Shown: piece after piece, positions 46,754 to 57,011 of the stretch
Layout of the letters: the number at the start of each line of letters is the position of its first letter
How positions within the stretch are numbered: position 1 is the first letter of the stretch
NCBI GenBank assembly: GCA_963706605.1
Contig: OY970165.1
Span: 2,175,517 to 2,239,516, forward strand
Source of the DNA: an uncultured Solirubrobacterales bacterium
GTDB lineage: Bacteria > Actinomycetota > Thermoleophilia > Solirubrobacterales > 70-9
Reading direction: 5' to 3'
Length of the DNA: 64,000 nt
Notes under the pieces: generated by a model
Seen by the model: only the letters and a program-made list of their open reading frames with translations
What the model was told of the DNA's origin: nothing
Databases searched by the model: none
Program-made: the position numbers and the translations under genes

Positions 46754-47823
46754 GCGGGCGCGAGCGTGTCCGCGATTCGCTCCGCCGCGTGGCCGTCCCA
46801 GAGGGGCGGCGGCTCGATACGCCCCACCGGGCGCTCGGCCAGCGCTGCCGGGATGCCGGCAATCGCGGCGGGGTCGAGACCGAGCAGGGTGTTGGTGCCG
46901 GCTCGGATCGTCACCGGCCGCTCCGTGTTGTCACGCAGCGTGAAGCAGGGGATACCGAGGTAGGTCGTCTCCTCCTGGATCCCGCCGGAGTCGGTGAGGA
47001 CGGCGCGGGCATCGGCGATCAGCGAGAGGAAGTCGACGTAGCCGAGCGGGTCCGAGAGCAGCAGGCCGGGATGCTCGGCGGAGACCGCCTCCATCTTCTT
47101 GCGGGTTCGGGGGTGCACCGGGAAGACGACCGGTATCTCCTCGGCGAGCGCGGCGAGCCGCTCGATGGTCTCCGGCAGCAGCTCGCCGTCGACCAGGGCG
47201 GGGCGATGCAGGGTGACGAGCACGTACCCACCGGGCTCGACCCCGAGCTTCGCCGCCGAGCCGGCGGTGCGGAAGCGATCCTCCAGGGCGACCAGGGTGT
47301 CGATCATCGTGTTGCCGACGAAGTGCATGCGCTCGTCGCCGATGCCCTCGGCGCGCAGGTTCTCGATCGCCTCGTCGCTGTGCAGGAAGAGGTACTCGGA
47401 GAACTCGTCGGCGACGATCCGGTTGATCTCCTCGGGCATGGTGCGGTCGAAGCTGCGCAGCCCTGACTCGATGTGGGCGACGGGGATCTGCATCTTGGCC
47501 GCCGTCAGCACCGCTGCCAGGGTCGAGTTGACGTCGCCCGGCACCATCACCAGGTCTGGCTGCTCGTCGACAAGCACCGGCTCCAGCCGCTCCATCGTGC
47601 ACGCGGTTTGCGTGGCGTGGCTGCCGGAGCCGACCTCGAGCATGTGGTCGGGTGCCGGTACGCCCAGCTCCTCGAAGAAGACCTCCGACATCAGCCGGTC
47701 GTAGTGCTGGCCGGTGTGGACGATCGTGTGCCGCCCCTCGGGAATGCGTCCGCGCAGCGCCGCGATCACAGGCGCCGTCTTGACGAAGTTCGGTCGGGTT
47801 CCGATCACGTAGACGATCCGCAT
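46750..47823 (-). CDS. wecB: UDP-N-acetylglucosamine 2-epimerase (non-hydrolysing)
   Basis: Trimmed to ATG 47823. [19 protein letters not shown]..., [62 protein letters not shown]. Confidence 0.88.
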   Translation of the reverse strand: MRIVYVIGTRPNFVKTAPVIAALRGRIPEGRHTIVHTGQHYDRLMSEVFFEELGVPAPDHMLEVGSGSHATQTACTMERLEPVLVDEQPDLVMVPGDVNSTLAAVLTAAKMQIPVAHIESGLRSFDRTMPEEINRIVADEFSEYLFLHSDEAIENLRAEGIGDERMHFVGNTMIDTLVALEDRFRTAGSAAKLGVEPGGYVLVTLHRPALVDGELLPETIERLAALAEEIPVVFPVHPRTRKKMEAVSAEHPGLLLSDPLGYVDFLSLIADARAVLTDSGGIQEETTYLGIPCFTLRDNTERPVTIRAGTNTLLGLDPAAIAGIPAALAERPVGRIEPPPLWDGHAAERIADTLAPA

Positions 47824-47897
47824 CGCGCGGCAGCCTACTGGCGCGGCCCGCTGGTTCCGGCGTCGCCCGCTGCCGGTCTGCTTCAATACCCGTCCCG

Positions 47898-48098
47898 ATG
47901 CCGAAGATGAAAACCCACTCGGGCGCCAAGAAGCGCTTCCGCAAGACCGCCAAGGGCAAGCTGCGTGGCCGGCGCGCCTACTCGAGCCACATCCTCGAGA
48001 AAAAGTCGCCGAAGCGGAAGCGGCAGATGGCGCGGCCGGTGGAGATAGCCAAGGCCGACGAAAAGCGCGTCCGGACCCTGCTTGGAGGCGGAAAGTGA
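47898..48098 (+). CDS. rpmI: 50S ribosomal protein L35
   Basis: [42 protein letters not shown]. Confidence 0.92.
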   Translation: MPKMKTHSGAKKRFRKTAKGKLRGRRAYSSHILEKKSPKRKRQMARPVEIAKADEKRVRTLLGGGK

Positions 48099-48454
48099 GC
48101 CGGGTCAAGCGGTCTGTCCACGCCCGCAAGAAGCGGCGCAAGGTGCTGAAGGAAGCGAAAGGCTACTTCGGCCGCAAGCATTCCTCCTACCGCTTCGCCA
48201 AAGAGCAGGTGCAGCGGTCGGGGATGTACGCGTACCGCGACCGTCGCAACCGCAAGCGGGACTTCCGCCGGCTCTGGATCACCCGGATCAACGCCGCCGC
48301 GCGGCTCGAGGGCATGAGCTACTCGCAGCTGATCCACGGTCTCGACAAAGCCGGCGTCGAGGTGAACCGCAAGATGCTCGCCGAGATCGCGGTCTCAGAC
48401 CGCGATGCGTTCCGCCGATTCGTGGAGCTCGCCCGGGAGGGTGCGGCCGCCTAG
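48095..48454 (+). CDS. rplT: 50S ribosomal protein L20
   Basis: [39 protein letters not shown]...[13 protein letters not shown]. Confidence 0.92.
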   Translation: MSRVKRSVHARKKRRKVLKEAKGYFGRKHSSYRFAKEQVQRSGMYAYRDRRNRKRDFRRLWITRINAAARLEGMSYSQLIHGLDKAGVEVNRKMLAEIAVSDRDAFRRFVELAREGAAA

Positions 48455-48478
48455 CCGCAACCCACACTCCACTTTCCC

Positions 48479-48511
48479 GGGCGGGCCGTTTTCACGGCCC
48501 GCTTTTTGTTT
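48479..48511 (+). terminator. Rho-independent terminator of rpmI-rplT
   Basis: GCGGGCCG-TTTTCA-CGGCCCGC followed by TTTTTGTTT. Confidence 0.85.
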
Positions 48512-48558
48512 GCCCGGGGTGGTCCGGGCAGCCCAGGAGAAGATAAGAAGAAACCGAA

Positions 48559-49287
48559 ATGACGACGATGATCTCCAGCCCCCACAACGAGAAGCTGAAA
48601 CTGGTCCGCAAGCTGCACGATCGCAAGCACCGCGAACGTGAGCGGCTGTTCGCGACCGAGGGCGAGGACCTAGTCGAGGCGGGGTTGGCCGCGGGCGTCG
48701 AGCCGAGATTCCTGCTGAGTGCCGCGGGCAGCGGGCTTGGTGGAGATGAGGTGGAGCCGGCGCTGCTGGCGGAAGTCTCGGCGCTCGGTTCGGGGACGCG
48801 CGCGATTGCCGTCTGGCCACAGGTCTGGGCCGCCGCGGCCCAGCCGCCCTGCGTCTACCTGCACGGAGTCGCCGACCCGGGCAACGTCGGCACGATCGTC
48901 CGCACTGCACATGCGCTGCTCGGCGGCACCGTCGTTCTCGGCCCCGGCTGCGCCGATCCGTATGGGCCGAAGGCGGTGCGGGCGAGCATGGGCTCGATCT
49001 TCGGCCAGGCGCTGCTGCGGGCCGGGATCGAGGCGACCCCGGAGCCGCGGGCGGCGCTGGTGGCCCACGGTGGTGAGGGGCTGGATGCCCTCGCTGGGGT
49101 GGCGACCCTCTGCATGGGGGCCGAGCGAGGGGGATTGCCGGCCGAGGCCCTTCAGGAATGCGCCGTCGAGGTCACGATTCCGCTGCGCCCCGGTGGCAGC
49201 GAGTCGCTCAACGTCGCCGCCGCAGCTGCGATCGCCTGCGAGCGGCTATCGTCGCCCGCCATGCGGGAGGCCGCGCCAGATGCTTGA
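48559..49287 (+). CDS. TrmH/SpoU-family RNA 2'-O-methyltransferase
   Basis: GVADPGNVGTIVRTAHAL and LNVAAAAAIA motifs. The position upstream of pheS is common for this family. Confidence 0.75.
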   Translation: MTTMISSPHNEKLKLVRKLHDRKHRERERLFATEGEDLVEAGLAAGVEPRFLLSAAGSGLGGDEVEPALLAEVSALGSGTRAIAVWPQVWAAAAQPPCVYLHGVADPGNVGTIVRTAHALLGGTVVLGPGCADPYGPKAVRASMGSIFGQALLRAGIEATPEPRAALVAHGGEGLDALAGVATLCMGAERGGLPAEALQECAVEVTIPLRPGGSESLNVAAAAAIACERLSSPAMREAAPDA

Positions 49288-50338
49288 ACGGATCGAGAAG
49301 ATCGAGGCCGAGGCCAGGGCGGCGATCGGGTCCGCAGCCGGCACCGCTGAGCTGGAGGAGCTGCGGGTCCGCTATCTGGGCCGCAAAGCCGAGCTGACGA
49401 CGATTCTGCGCGGAATAGCCGAGCTGCCCCAGGAGGAACGGGGGGAGGTCGGCGGCGGTGCCAACAGGGCCCGCCAGGCGTTGGAGACGCTGCTTGAGGG
49501 ACGCGCCGCTGAGCTGGGCGCGAGCGAGCTGGAGGAGCAGCTGGCGAGCGACCGGGTCGACGTCACCCTGCCCGGAGTGCCGGTCAGACCCGCCGGGCAC
49601 CTGCACCTGATCACCCGCACGACGCGGCAGATCGAGGACGTGATGATCGGGCTCGGCTACCAGGTGGTCGAGGGGCCCGAGCTCGAGCACGACTACTACA
49701 ACTTCACGGCGTTGAACCACCCGCCGGGGCACCCCGCGCGGATGCTCCAGGACACCTTCTACGTGCAGTCGCACCCCGAGCTCCTGCTGCGCACCCACAC
49801 CTCTCCGGTGCAGGTCCGGGCGATGGAGGCCCAGTCGCCGCCGGTCTTCCTGATCATGCCGGGCAAGGTCTACCGGCGCGACTCCGACGCCACCCATACC
49901 CCGATGTTCCACCAGGTCGAGGGGTTGGCGATCGGCGAGGGGATCACGCTTGCCGACCTGCAGGGCACCCTGGAGGAGATGCTCCGGGCGATCTTCGGCG
50001 AGGCCCGCCAGGCCCGGATGCGGCCCCACTTCTTCCCCTTCACCGAGCCCAGCGTCGAGTTCGACGTCTCCTGCTTCCAGTGCGAGGGCACGGGTGAGCT
50101 GGCGGGGGGCGAGCGCTGCAACCTCTGCAAGGGCAGCGGCTGGATCGAGGTCGGCGGCGCCGGCATGGTCGACCCCAACGTGCTCGGCTTCGTCGCCGAG
50201 AACGGCTATGACCCCGAGCGGGTGCAGGGCTTCGCCTTCGGTATGGGCGTGGAGCGGATCGCGATGCTGCGGCACGGCGTCCCCGACCTGCGCCGCTTCT
50301 TCGACAACGACGCGCGGATGTTGGGGCAGTTCCTATGA
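49280..50338 (+). CDS. pheS: Phenylalanine--tRNA ligase alpha subunit
   Basis: Trimmed to ATG 49280 (MLERIEKIEAEARAAI...LRVRYLGRKAELT). Class II motifs FYV..LLRTHTSPVQVR, PGKVYRRD, GAGMVDPNV, and FAFGMGVERIAMLRHG. Confidence 0.92.
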   Translation: MLERIEKIEAEARAAIGSAAGTAELEELRVRYLGRKAELTTILRGIAELPQEERGEVGGGANRARQALETLLEGRAAELGASELEEQLASDRVDVTLPGVPVRPAGHLHLITRTTRQIEDVMIGLGYQVVEGPELEHDYYNFTALNHPPGHPARMLQDTFYVQSHPELLLRTHTSPVQVRAMEAQSPPVFLIMPGKVYRRDSDATHTPMFHQVEGLAIGEGITLADLQGTLEEMLRAIFGEARQARMRPHFFPFTEPSVEFDVSCFQCEGTGELAGGERCNLCKGSGWIEVGGAGMVDPNVLGFVAENGYDPERVQGFAFGMGVERIAMLRHGVPDLRRFFDNDARMLGQFL

Positions 50339-52800
50339 GGGTTCCGTACTCGTGGCTGCGCGAATACTGCGATCCGGGGGTGAGCCCCGACGAGCTGGCC
50401 GAGCGGCTGGCGATGACCGGCACCGAGGTCGAGCGGGTCGGTGCGGTTGGCCCACCCGTGGCCGAGGGCTTCGTGATCGGCAAGGTCGTGGAGTGCGGGC
50501 GCCACCCCGATGCCGATCGGCTCAGCGTCTGCACGGTCGACACCGGTGAGGGTGAGGCGAGGACGATCGTCTGCGGCGCCGCCAACGTGGCGGCGGGTCA
50601 GACGGTGCCCGTGGCCCTGCCGGGGGCGACGATGCCCGGTGGCGCGAAGCTGGGCAAGGCGAAGCTGCGCGGGGTCGAGTCGCACGGGATGATCCTCTCC
50701 GCCGCCGAGCTGGAGATCGCGGAGGAGTCGGAGGGGATCCTGGTGCTCGACGACGGTGTCGCGCCCGGCACCGCGCTGACCGAGGTGCTGCCGCTGGCCG
50801 AGCCGGTGCTGGAGCTGGAGGTGACGCCGAACCGGGTCGACTGCTTCGGCGTCTACGGCGTCGCCCGCGAGGTGCACGCGATCAGCGCCGCGCCGCTTGC
50901 CCCCGAGCCCTGGAGCGAGGACGCGCCGGCGGAGGGGGAGGGCGAGGTCGGCGATTACGCCTCAGTCGCGGTCGAGGTGCCCGAGCTCTGCCCGCGCTTC
51001 ACCGCCCGCGTCTTCACCGACGTGACGATCGGCCCCTCGCCCGCCTGGCTGCAGGCGCGACTGAGCGCCGCTGGGCAACGGCCGATCAACAACGTCGTCG
51101 ACATCACCAACTACGTGATGCTGCTCACCGCGCAGCCCCTGCACGCCTTCGACCTCGACAGGGTTCCCGACGGGGCGTTGACCGTCCGCGCCGCGGCTGC
51201 GGGCGAGACGATGACGACGCTCGACGGCGTCGAGCGCAGCCTCGACGAGGAGACCGTGCTGGTCTGCGATTCCAACGGGCCCTCGGGAATCGCCGGGATC
51301 ATGGGTGGCCAGGTCTCCGAGGTCTCGGCCGAGACGACGCGGGTTCTGCTCGAGGTGGCGAACTGGAACGGCACCAACATCCTCCGCACCTCGCGCCTGC
51401 TCGGCCTGCGCTCGGAGGCCTCCTCGCGCTTCGAGAAGCAACTCCACCCGGAGCTGTGCCTGCGGGCGCAACGGATCGCATCGCGGCTGATGGTCGAGCT
51501 GTGCGGGGCGAAGCTCGTCCCCGGCACGATCGACTTCGCCGCAGAGATCCCGGAGGCGCCGAGAATTCGGCTGCGAGGAGAGCGGGTCGGGGGCCTGCTC
51601 GGGATGCGGATCGAGCAGGCCGACCAGGTCGCCTACCTGGAACGGCTCGGCTTCGGGGTCGAGTCCGACGGCGATGACCTCGAGGTCGAGGTTCCGCCCG
51701 ACCGCCACCACGACGTCACCCGCGAGGTCGACCTGATCGAGGAGGTGGCGCGCGTCCACGGCCTCGACGAGCACCTGCCCTCGACCCTGCCGGGCTCTGC
51801 CGGGCAGGCCGGTGGGCTGCGGCGCGACCAGCGGCTGCGCCGCCGCGCCGAGGACGCGATGCGCGATCTCGGCTTCGACGAGATCGTCGGCTGGAGCTTC
51901 ACCGGCCCCGGTGAGCCGGCCAGGCTGCGGATCTCCGAGGGCGATCCTCGCGCTGCCGGGGTGACGATTTCCAATCCCCTCTCCGAGGAGGGTTCGGTGA
52001 TGCGCACCACCGTGCTCGGATCGCTGCTCGGCGCCGCCCAGGGCAACCTCGCCCGCGACGCTGAGCGCGTCGCCCTGTTCGAGTCGGGCCGCGTCTACCT
52101 CAACCTCCCGCCGACGGGCCGAGAGGATGGTTCGCTCGCCGGGGGGTTCGCCGGGGAGCAGGCGGCGCCATTCTCCGAGCCGCACCGGCTCGGCTGTCTC
52201 GCGGTCGGGCCGTTGGCGCCGAAGTCATGGCGGGGCGGCGGCGAGCCGGCTGATTTCTTCGTGGTCAAGGGGGTGCTGGAGGGGTTGGCGGCCAGGCTTG
52301 GAGTGGGGCTTGCCTTCGAGCCGGCGGCTGAGCCCTTCCTGCACCCCGGTAGAGCGGCGAAGGTCCTGGTCGACGGCATCGATGCCGGCTGGATCGGCGA
52401 GCTGCACCCATTGGTCTGTCGCGAGTGGGACCTCCAGGTGGCGGCCGGCTTTGAAGTCGGGCTGGCGGAGCTGGTTGCGGCCGCGACCGCGGGTGAAGAG
52501 ACGTTCGAGGACGTGACCACGTTCCCCGCCGTCTTCCAGGACCTGGCGGTGGTCGTGCCCGCCGAGGCCTCGGCGGCGGAGGTGCGCGGCGCGGTGCTCG
52601 CCGGCGGCGGAGAGCTGCTGCGCTCGGCCGACGTCTTCGACCTCTACGAGGGGGAGCAGCTCGGCGCGGGGCGCAAGAGCCTCGCCCTGCGGCTCGAGTT
52701 CCGGGCCGGCGACCGCACCCTCACCGACGAGGAGGTCGCCGAGCCCCGCGCCGCAATCGTCACGTCACTAGGCGAGATGGGAGGGTCGCTCCGTGAGTGA
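50335..52800 (+). CDS. pheT: Phenylalanine--tRNA ligase beta subunit
   Basis: MRVPYSWLREYC, tRNA-binding domain GKVVECGRHPDADRLSVCTVD, and the B3/4 and B5 regions. ATGA overlap with pheS. Confidence 0.92.
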   Translation: MRVPYSWLREYCDPGVSPDELAERLAMTGTEVERVGAVGPPVAEGFVIGKVVECGRHPDADRLSVCTVDTGEGEARTIVCGAANVAAGQTVPVALPGATMPGGAKLGKAKLRGVESHGMILSAAELEIAEESEGILVLDDGVAPGTALTEVLPLAEPVLELEVTPNRVDCFGVYGVAREVHAISAAPLAPEPWSEDAPAEGEGEVGDYASVAVEVPELCPRFTARVFTDVTIGPSPAWLQARLSAAGQRPINNVVDITNYVMLLTAQPLHAFDLDRVPDGALTVRAAAAGETMTTLDGVERSLDEETVLVCDSNGPSGIAGIMGGQVSEVSAETTRVLLEVANWNGTNILRTSRLLGLRSEASSRFEKQLHPELCLRAQRIASRLMVELCGAKLVPGTIDFAAEIPEAPRIRLRGERVGGLLGMRIEQADQVAYLERLGFGVESDGDDLEVEVPPDRHHDVTREVDLIEEVARVHGLDEHLPSTLPGSAGQAGGLRRDQRLRRRAEDAMRDLGFDEIVGWSFTGPGEPARLRISEGDPRAAGVTISNPLSEEGSVMRTTVLGSLLGAAQGNLARDAERVALFESGRVYLNLPPTGREDGSLAGGFAGEQAAPFSEPHRLGCLAVGPLAPKSWRGGGEPADFFVVKGVLEGLAARLGVGLAFEPAAEPFLHPGRAAKVLVDGIDAGWIGELHPLVCREWDLQVAAGFEVGLAELVAAATAGEETFEDVTTFPAVFQDLAVVVPAEASAAEVRGAVLAGGGELLRSADVFDLYEGEQLGAGRKSLALRLEFRAGDRTLTDEEVAEPRAAIVTSLGEMGGSLRE

Positions 52801-53824
52801 CGCACGCCCGCAACCGCTCGACGGTGGCCCCGCCGCGCGGGTCCTGGTGGCTGGAGCCTCCGGATTCACCGGCGCCCTTGCCGCGCAGATCGTCTGGCGC
52901 CACCCGCGTCTGGAGTTGGTCGGGGCCACCTCGCGCAGCGACGCCGGCACGCGGCTCGATCGCCTCTACCCGCGTTACCGGGTGCCGTTGGAGCTGACCG
53001 AGCTGGACCTGGACCGGCTGGAGGGCGTCGATGCCGCGATCGTCGCCTACCCACACGGAGCCTCGGCGCCGACGGTCGCCGCGCTGCGCGGGCTGGGCGT
53101 GCTGGTCGTCGACCTCTCGGCCGACTTCCGGCTGCGCGACCTGCCGACCTACGAGCGCTGGTACGGCGAGCACGGCGCGCCTGAGCTGCTGGAGGGCGCC
53201 GTCTACGGCCTCACCGAGCTCTACCGCGAAGAGCTGCGCGAGGCCGAGCTGGTCGCGACCCCCGGCTGCTACCCGACCGCGAGCGTGCTGGCACTGGCGC
53301 CGCTGGCCGAGCGCGGCCTGCTCGCCGACGTCGTGATCGACGCCAAGCAGGGCGTCTCCGGCGCCGGTCGTGGCGGCGGCGACGAAATGCACTACGCGAA
53401 TATGGACGAGAACGCCTTCGCCTACAAGACCGAGGGTCACCGTCACCGGCCCGAGATCGAGCAGGAGCTGGCGGCGCTGGGTGGCGAGGCGCCCGTCACC
53501 TTCGTTCCGCACCTGTTGCCGCTCGACCAGGGTGAGCTGACCAGCTGCTACGCGCAGCTGAGCGAGCCGATCTCCAAGCAGGAGGTCCAGGCGCTCTACG
53601 CGGAGCGCTACGCCGGCGAGCCCTTCGTCCACGCGGTCGAGCGGCCACCGGGTCTGCGCGACGTCCGCGATACGAACGAGTGCCACGTCTACGTCACGGT
53701 CGAGGAGCGCGGCAGGGTGCTGGCCTTCTCGGCGATCGACAACCTCTGGAAGGGGGCCTCGGGACAGGCGGTGCAGAACCTCAACCTGATGCTGGGGCTG
53801 GACGAGACCGAGGGGCTCATATGA
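52793..53824 (+). CDS. argC: N-acetyl-gamma-glutamyl-phosphate reductase
   Basis: VLVAGASGFTGAL, ATPGCYPTA (active-site Cys), and NLWKGASGQAVQNLNLMLG. Confidence 0.9.
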   Translation: MSDARPQPLDGGPAARVLVAGASGFTGALAAQIVWRHPRLELVGATSRSDAGTRLDRLYPRYRVPLELTELDLDRLEGVDAAIVAYPHGASAPTVAALRGLGVLVVDLSADFRLRDLPTYERWYGEHGAPELLEGAVYGLTELYREELREAELVATPGCYPTASVLALAPLAERGLLADVVIDAKQGVSGAGRGGGDEMHYANMDENAFAYKTEGHRHRPEIEQELAALGGEAPVTFVPHLLPLDQGELTSCYAQLSEPISKQEVQALYAERYAGEPFVHAVERPPGLRDVRDTNECHVYVTVEERGRVLAFSAIDNLWKGASGQAVQNLNLMLGLDETEGLI

Positions 53825-54975
53825 GCGGATTCTTCAAATCCCGCTGGGTGGCCCCGCCGGCCGGGGTCGAGGAGCTCGATCCTTCGCGGCTCGCCCCCGG
53901 TTTTGCCGCCGGCGCGGTCGCCTGCGGGTTGAAGGAGAGCGGCAATGCCGACGCCGCCGTCGTCGTCGCGCGGTCGGAGCGTTGCGACTCCGCCTTGCTG
54001 TTGACGCCGAATGCCGCCGCCGCCGCCCCGGTGCGACTCTGTCGCAAGAGCTGCGACCTGGGCGGCATCCGGGCCGCCGCGGTCAAGGCCGGCAACGCGA
54101 ACGCCGCCACCGGTGAGCAGGGAATGCGCGACTCGGTCGCGATTCAAGCCGCGGCCGCGGAGGAGTTGGAGCTCGACCCCGCGCAGGTCGCGATCGCGGC
54201 GACCGGGAAAATCGGCGTCGCCCTGCCCGTCGACGACGTCGTCGACGGCATCCGCCGCGCCGCGACGCAGGTGCGTCCCGACGGTGGGATCGAGTTCGCG
54301 GAGGCAATCATGACCACCGACGCGTTCTCCAAGTGCTGCTCCGTGCGCTGCGACGGGGTCACCCTCTCGGCCCAGGCGAAGGGGGCCGGAATGATCCAGC
54401 CCGGCTTCGCGACGATGCTCTGCTTCGTGCAGACCGACGCCCTCCTCGAGGGCGCCGAAGCAGCTCTGCGCCCCGCGGTCACCGACTCGTTCGAACGGAT
54501 CACCGTCGACGGTCAGATGAGCACCAACGACACGGTGCTCCTGCAGGCAAGCGGCGAGTCGGGCCTGCCGCTGCCCGACGGCCTGCTCGACGCCGTGCTG
54601 CTGCAGCTGGCGCTGGCGATCGTCGCCGACGGCGAGGGGGCCACCCGCGTCGGCTGCGCTCGTGTCTTGGAGGCGGCCGACGAGGAGGAGGCCGAGCGGG
54701 CGGCGCGGGCGATCGCCAACTCGCCGCTGGTCAAGACGGCGCTCTTCGGTCACGACCCCAACTGGGGCCGGATCGCCCAGGCTGCCGGGATGGCGCTCGC
54801 CGGGGAGGAGCTCGAGGAGCTCGGGCTCAACCACATCGATGCCGAGGAGTTCGCCGGCGACTCCGCCGAGGCCGAGCTCTCGGTACGGCTGGGAAGGGGC
54901 GACCACCGCGCCCACGTCTGGTTCTCGGACCTGGGCTACGAGTACGTTCGGATCAACGCCGAGTACACGACCTGA
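53821..54975 (+). CDS. argJ: Bifunctional ornithine acetyltransferase / N-acetylglutamate synthase
   Basis: Trimmed to ATG 53821. GFAAGAVACGLK, NANAATG, and the autocleavage context ATMLCFVQTDA. Confidence 0.9.
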   Translation: MSGFFKSRWVAPPAGVEELDPSRLAPGFAAGAVACGLKESGNADAAVVVARSERCDSALLLTPNAAAAAPVRLCRKSCDLGGIRAAAVKAGNANAATGEQGMRDSVAIQAAAAEELELDPAQVAIAATGKIGVALPVDDVVDGIRRAATQVRPDGGIEFAEAIMTTDAFSKCCSVRCDGVTLSAQAKGAGMIQPGFATMLCFVQTDALLEGAEAALRPAVTDSFERITVDGQMSTNDTVLLQASGESGLPLPDGLLDAVLLQLALAIVADGEGATRVGCARVLEAADEEEAERAARAIANSPLVKTALFGHDPNWGRIAQAAGMALAGEELEELGLNHIDAEEFAGDSAEAELSVRLGRGDHRAHVWFSDLGYEYVRINAEYTT

Positions 54976-54984
54976 GGAGACGAA

Positions 54985-55824
54985 GTGAGCACCAACGTCG
55001 ACACCCTGCTCGAGGCGCTTCCCTACATCCGGGAGTTCCACGGCCGCACCGTGGTGATCAAGTACGGCGGCTCGGCGATGCGCGACGACGAGCTGCGCGA
55101 GGCATTCGCGACCGACGTGGTGCTGCTCAAGTACGTTGGCCTCAACCCGGTGGTCGTCCACGGCGGCGGCCCCGAGATCACCCGCTACATGGAGCGGCTT
55201 GGGCTCGAGGTCCGTTTCCACGAGGGGCTGCGCGTCTCCGACGCGGAGACGGTCGAGGTCGCCCGCATGGTCCTGATCGGCAAGCTCAACTCCGACATCG
55301 TGCAGCGGCTCAACCGGCATGGGCAGCCCGCGGTCGGCCTCTCCGGCCAGGACGGGACGCTGTTCGAGGTGGCGCCGGTGCCGAATGCCGAGCAGGTCGG
55401 CTTCGTCGGCTCGATCGAGCGGGTGGACGTCGACGTCCTCAACCACATCGCGGAGGACTACATCCCGGTGGTCGCCTCCTCGGCATCCGACCGCGAGGGT
55501 CACGCCTACAACATCAACGCCGACGAGGCGGCGGGCAAGGTCGCCGCGGCGCTCGGCGCCTACAAGGCGGTCTTCCTCACCGACGTCAGCGGCTGGCTGG
55601 CCGATCCAGCCGACGAGGCTTCTCTGATCTCACGCGCCACGGTCGGCGAGGTCGAGGGCAGGCTGGACTCGATCGACGGCGGGATGCGGCCAAAGCTGGC
55701 TGCCTGTGTCGATGCGATCCGGGGCGGCGCCCAGTCGGCCCACATCATCGATGGCCGCAAGCCACACAGCCTGCTGCTGGAGCTGTTCACCGACGCCGGC
55801 ATCGGCACGATGGTGACCTCATGA
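54985..55824 (+). CDS. argB: Acetylglutamate kinase
   Basis: LEALPYIREFHGRTVVIKYGGSAM, VVVHGGGPEI, YNINADEAAG. Confidence 0.9.
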   Translation: MSTNVDTLLEALPYIREFHGRTVVIKYGGSAMRDDELREAFATDVVLLKYVGLNPVVVHGGGPEITRYMERLGLEVRFHEGLRVSDAETVEVARMVLIGKLNSDIVQRLNRHGQPAVGLSGQDGTLFEVAPVPNAEQVGFVGSIERVDVDVLNHIAEDYIPVVASSASDREGHAYNINADEAAGKVAAALGAYKAVFLTDVSGWLADPADEASLISRATVGEVEGRLDSIDGGMRPKLAACVDAIRGGAQSAHIIDGRKPHSLLLELFTDAGIGTMVTS

Positions 55825-57011
55825 ACCTGACCGACCTGCAGGCGCTAGAGGAGCGCTACCTGATGCAGACCTACCGCCGGTCGCCGGTCGAGTTCGTTCG
55901 CGGCGAGGGGGCGCTGCTCTGGGACGCGGAGGGCAAGGAGTACCTCGACTTCCTCGCCGGCATCTCGGTCTGCTCGGTCGGCCACTGTCACCCGGCGGTG
56001 GTCGAGGCGGTGCGCGAGCAGGCGGGTCGGCTGATGCACGTCTCCAACCTCTTCTACACCGAGCCGATGGTGCAGCTGGCCGAGCGCCTCTCCGGGTCGA
56101 GCCTGGGGGGGAGGGTCTTCCTCTCCAACTCGGGGACCGAGGCGAACGAGTGCGCGATCAAGCTCGCCCGCAAGCACGCCCACCTGCGTGGCATCGAGAG
56201 CCCGGAGATCGTCAGCTTCGAGCGCGACTTCCACGGCCGCACCTACGGGGCGTTGGCGGCGACCCCGGCGCTGGCCGAGAATCGGGCCCTGGGCCCGATG
56301 CTGCCGGGGTTCCGCTCGGTCCCGTTCGACGACGCCGGGGCGCTGCGCGACGCCGTCTCCGAGAACACGGCCGCGGTCCTGATCGAGGTGATTCAGGGGG
56401 AGTCGGGCGTCTACCCCCTGAGCGACGGGACGCTGCTGGCGGCCCGCGAGGCTTGCGATGAGGCCGGGGCGTTGCTGATCCTCGACGAGATCCAGACCGG
56501 GATGGGACGGACCGGCTCGCTCTGGGCTTTTGAGCAGACGCCGGTGCGGCCCGACGTGCTGACCAGCGCCAAGGCGCTCGGCGGCGGCCTGCCGATTGGT
56601 GCCTGCGTGACGAGTCCCGAGGCCGCCGACGTGCTGGAGCCCGGCGACCACGGCTCCACCTTCGCCGGGGGCGCTGTGGTCTCGGCCGCGGCGCTTGCGG
56701 TGCTCGATCTGATCGACGACCCGGCGCTGTTGCGCCAGGTGCGCGAGCGGGGCACCGCGCTGCGTGACGCTTTGCTCGCCGTCGAAGGCGTCGAGGAGGT
56801 GCGCGGCCGCGGCCTGATGATCGGGGTGGGGCTGGGGCCCGGGATCGACGCAGCAGCCCTTGGCGCCGACCTTCTGCGCAACGGCTTGATCGTCAACGTT
56901 CCGGAGCCGGGCACGCTGCGCCTGCTGCCCCCGCTGACGGTCGATTCGGCCCAGATCGAGCGTGCCGTTGCGCTGATCGGCGAATCGCTCCTAAGCTACG
57001 CGGCCAGATGA
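55821..57011 (+). CDS. argD: Acetylornithine aminotransferase
   Basis: Trimmed to ATG 55821. YLMQTYRRSPVEFVRGEGALLWDAEGKEYLDF, LILDEIQTGMGRTG, and LTSAKALGGGLP (PLP Lys). Confidence 0.9.
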   Translation: MNLTDLQALEERYLMQTYRRSPVEFVRGEGALLWDAEGKEYLDFLAGISVCSVGHCHPAVVEAVREQAGRLMHVSNLFYTEPMVQLAERLSGSSLGGRVFLSNSGTEANECAIKLARKHAHLRGIESPEIVSFERDFHGRTYGALAATPALAENRALGPMLPGFRSVPFDDAGALRDAVSENTAAVLIEVIQGESGVYPLSDGTLLAAREACDEAGALLILDEIQTGMGRTGSLWAFEQTPVRPDVLTSAKALGGGLPIGACVTSPEAADVLEPGDHGSTFAGGAVVSAAALAVLDLIDDPALLRQVRERGTALRDALLAVEGVEEVRGRGLMIGVGLGPGIDAAALGADLLRNGLIVNVPEPGTLRLLPPLTVDSAQIERAVALIGESLLSYAAR

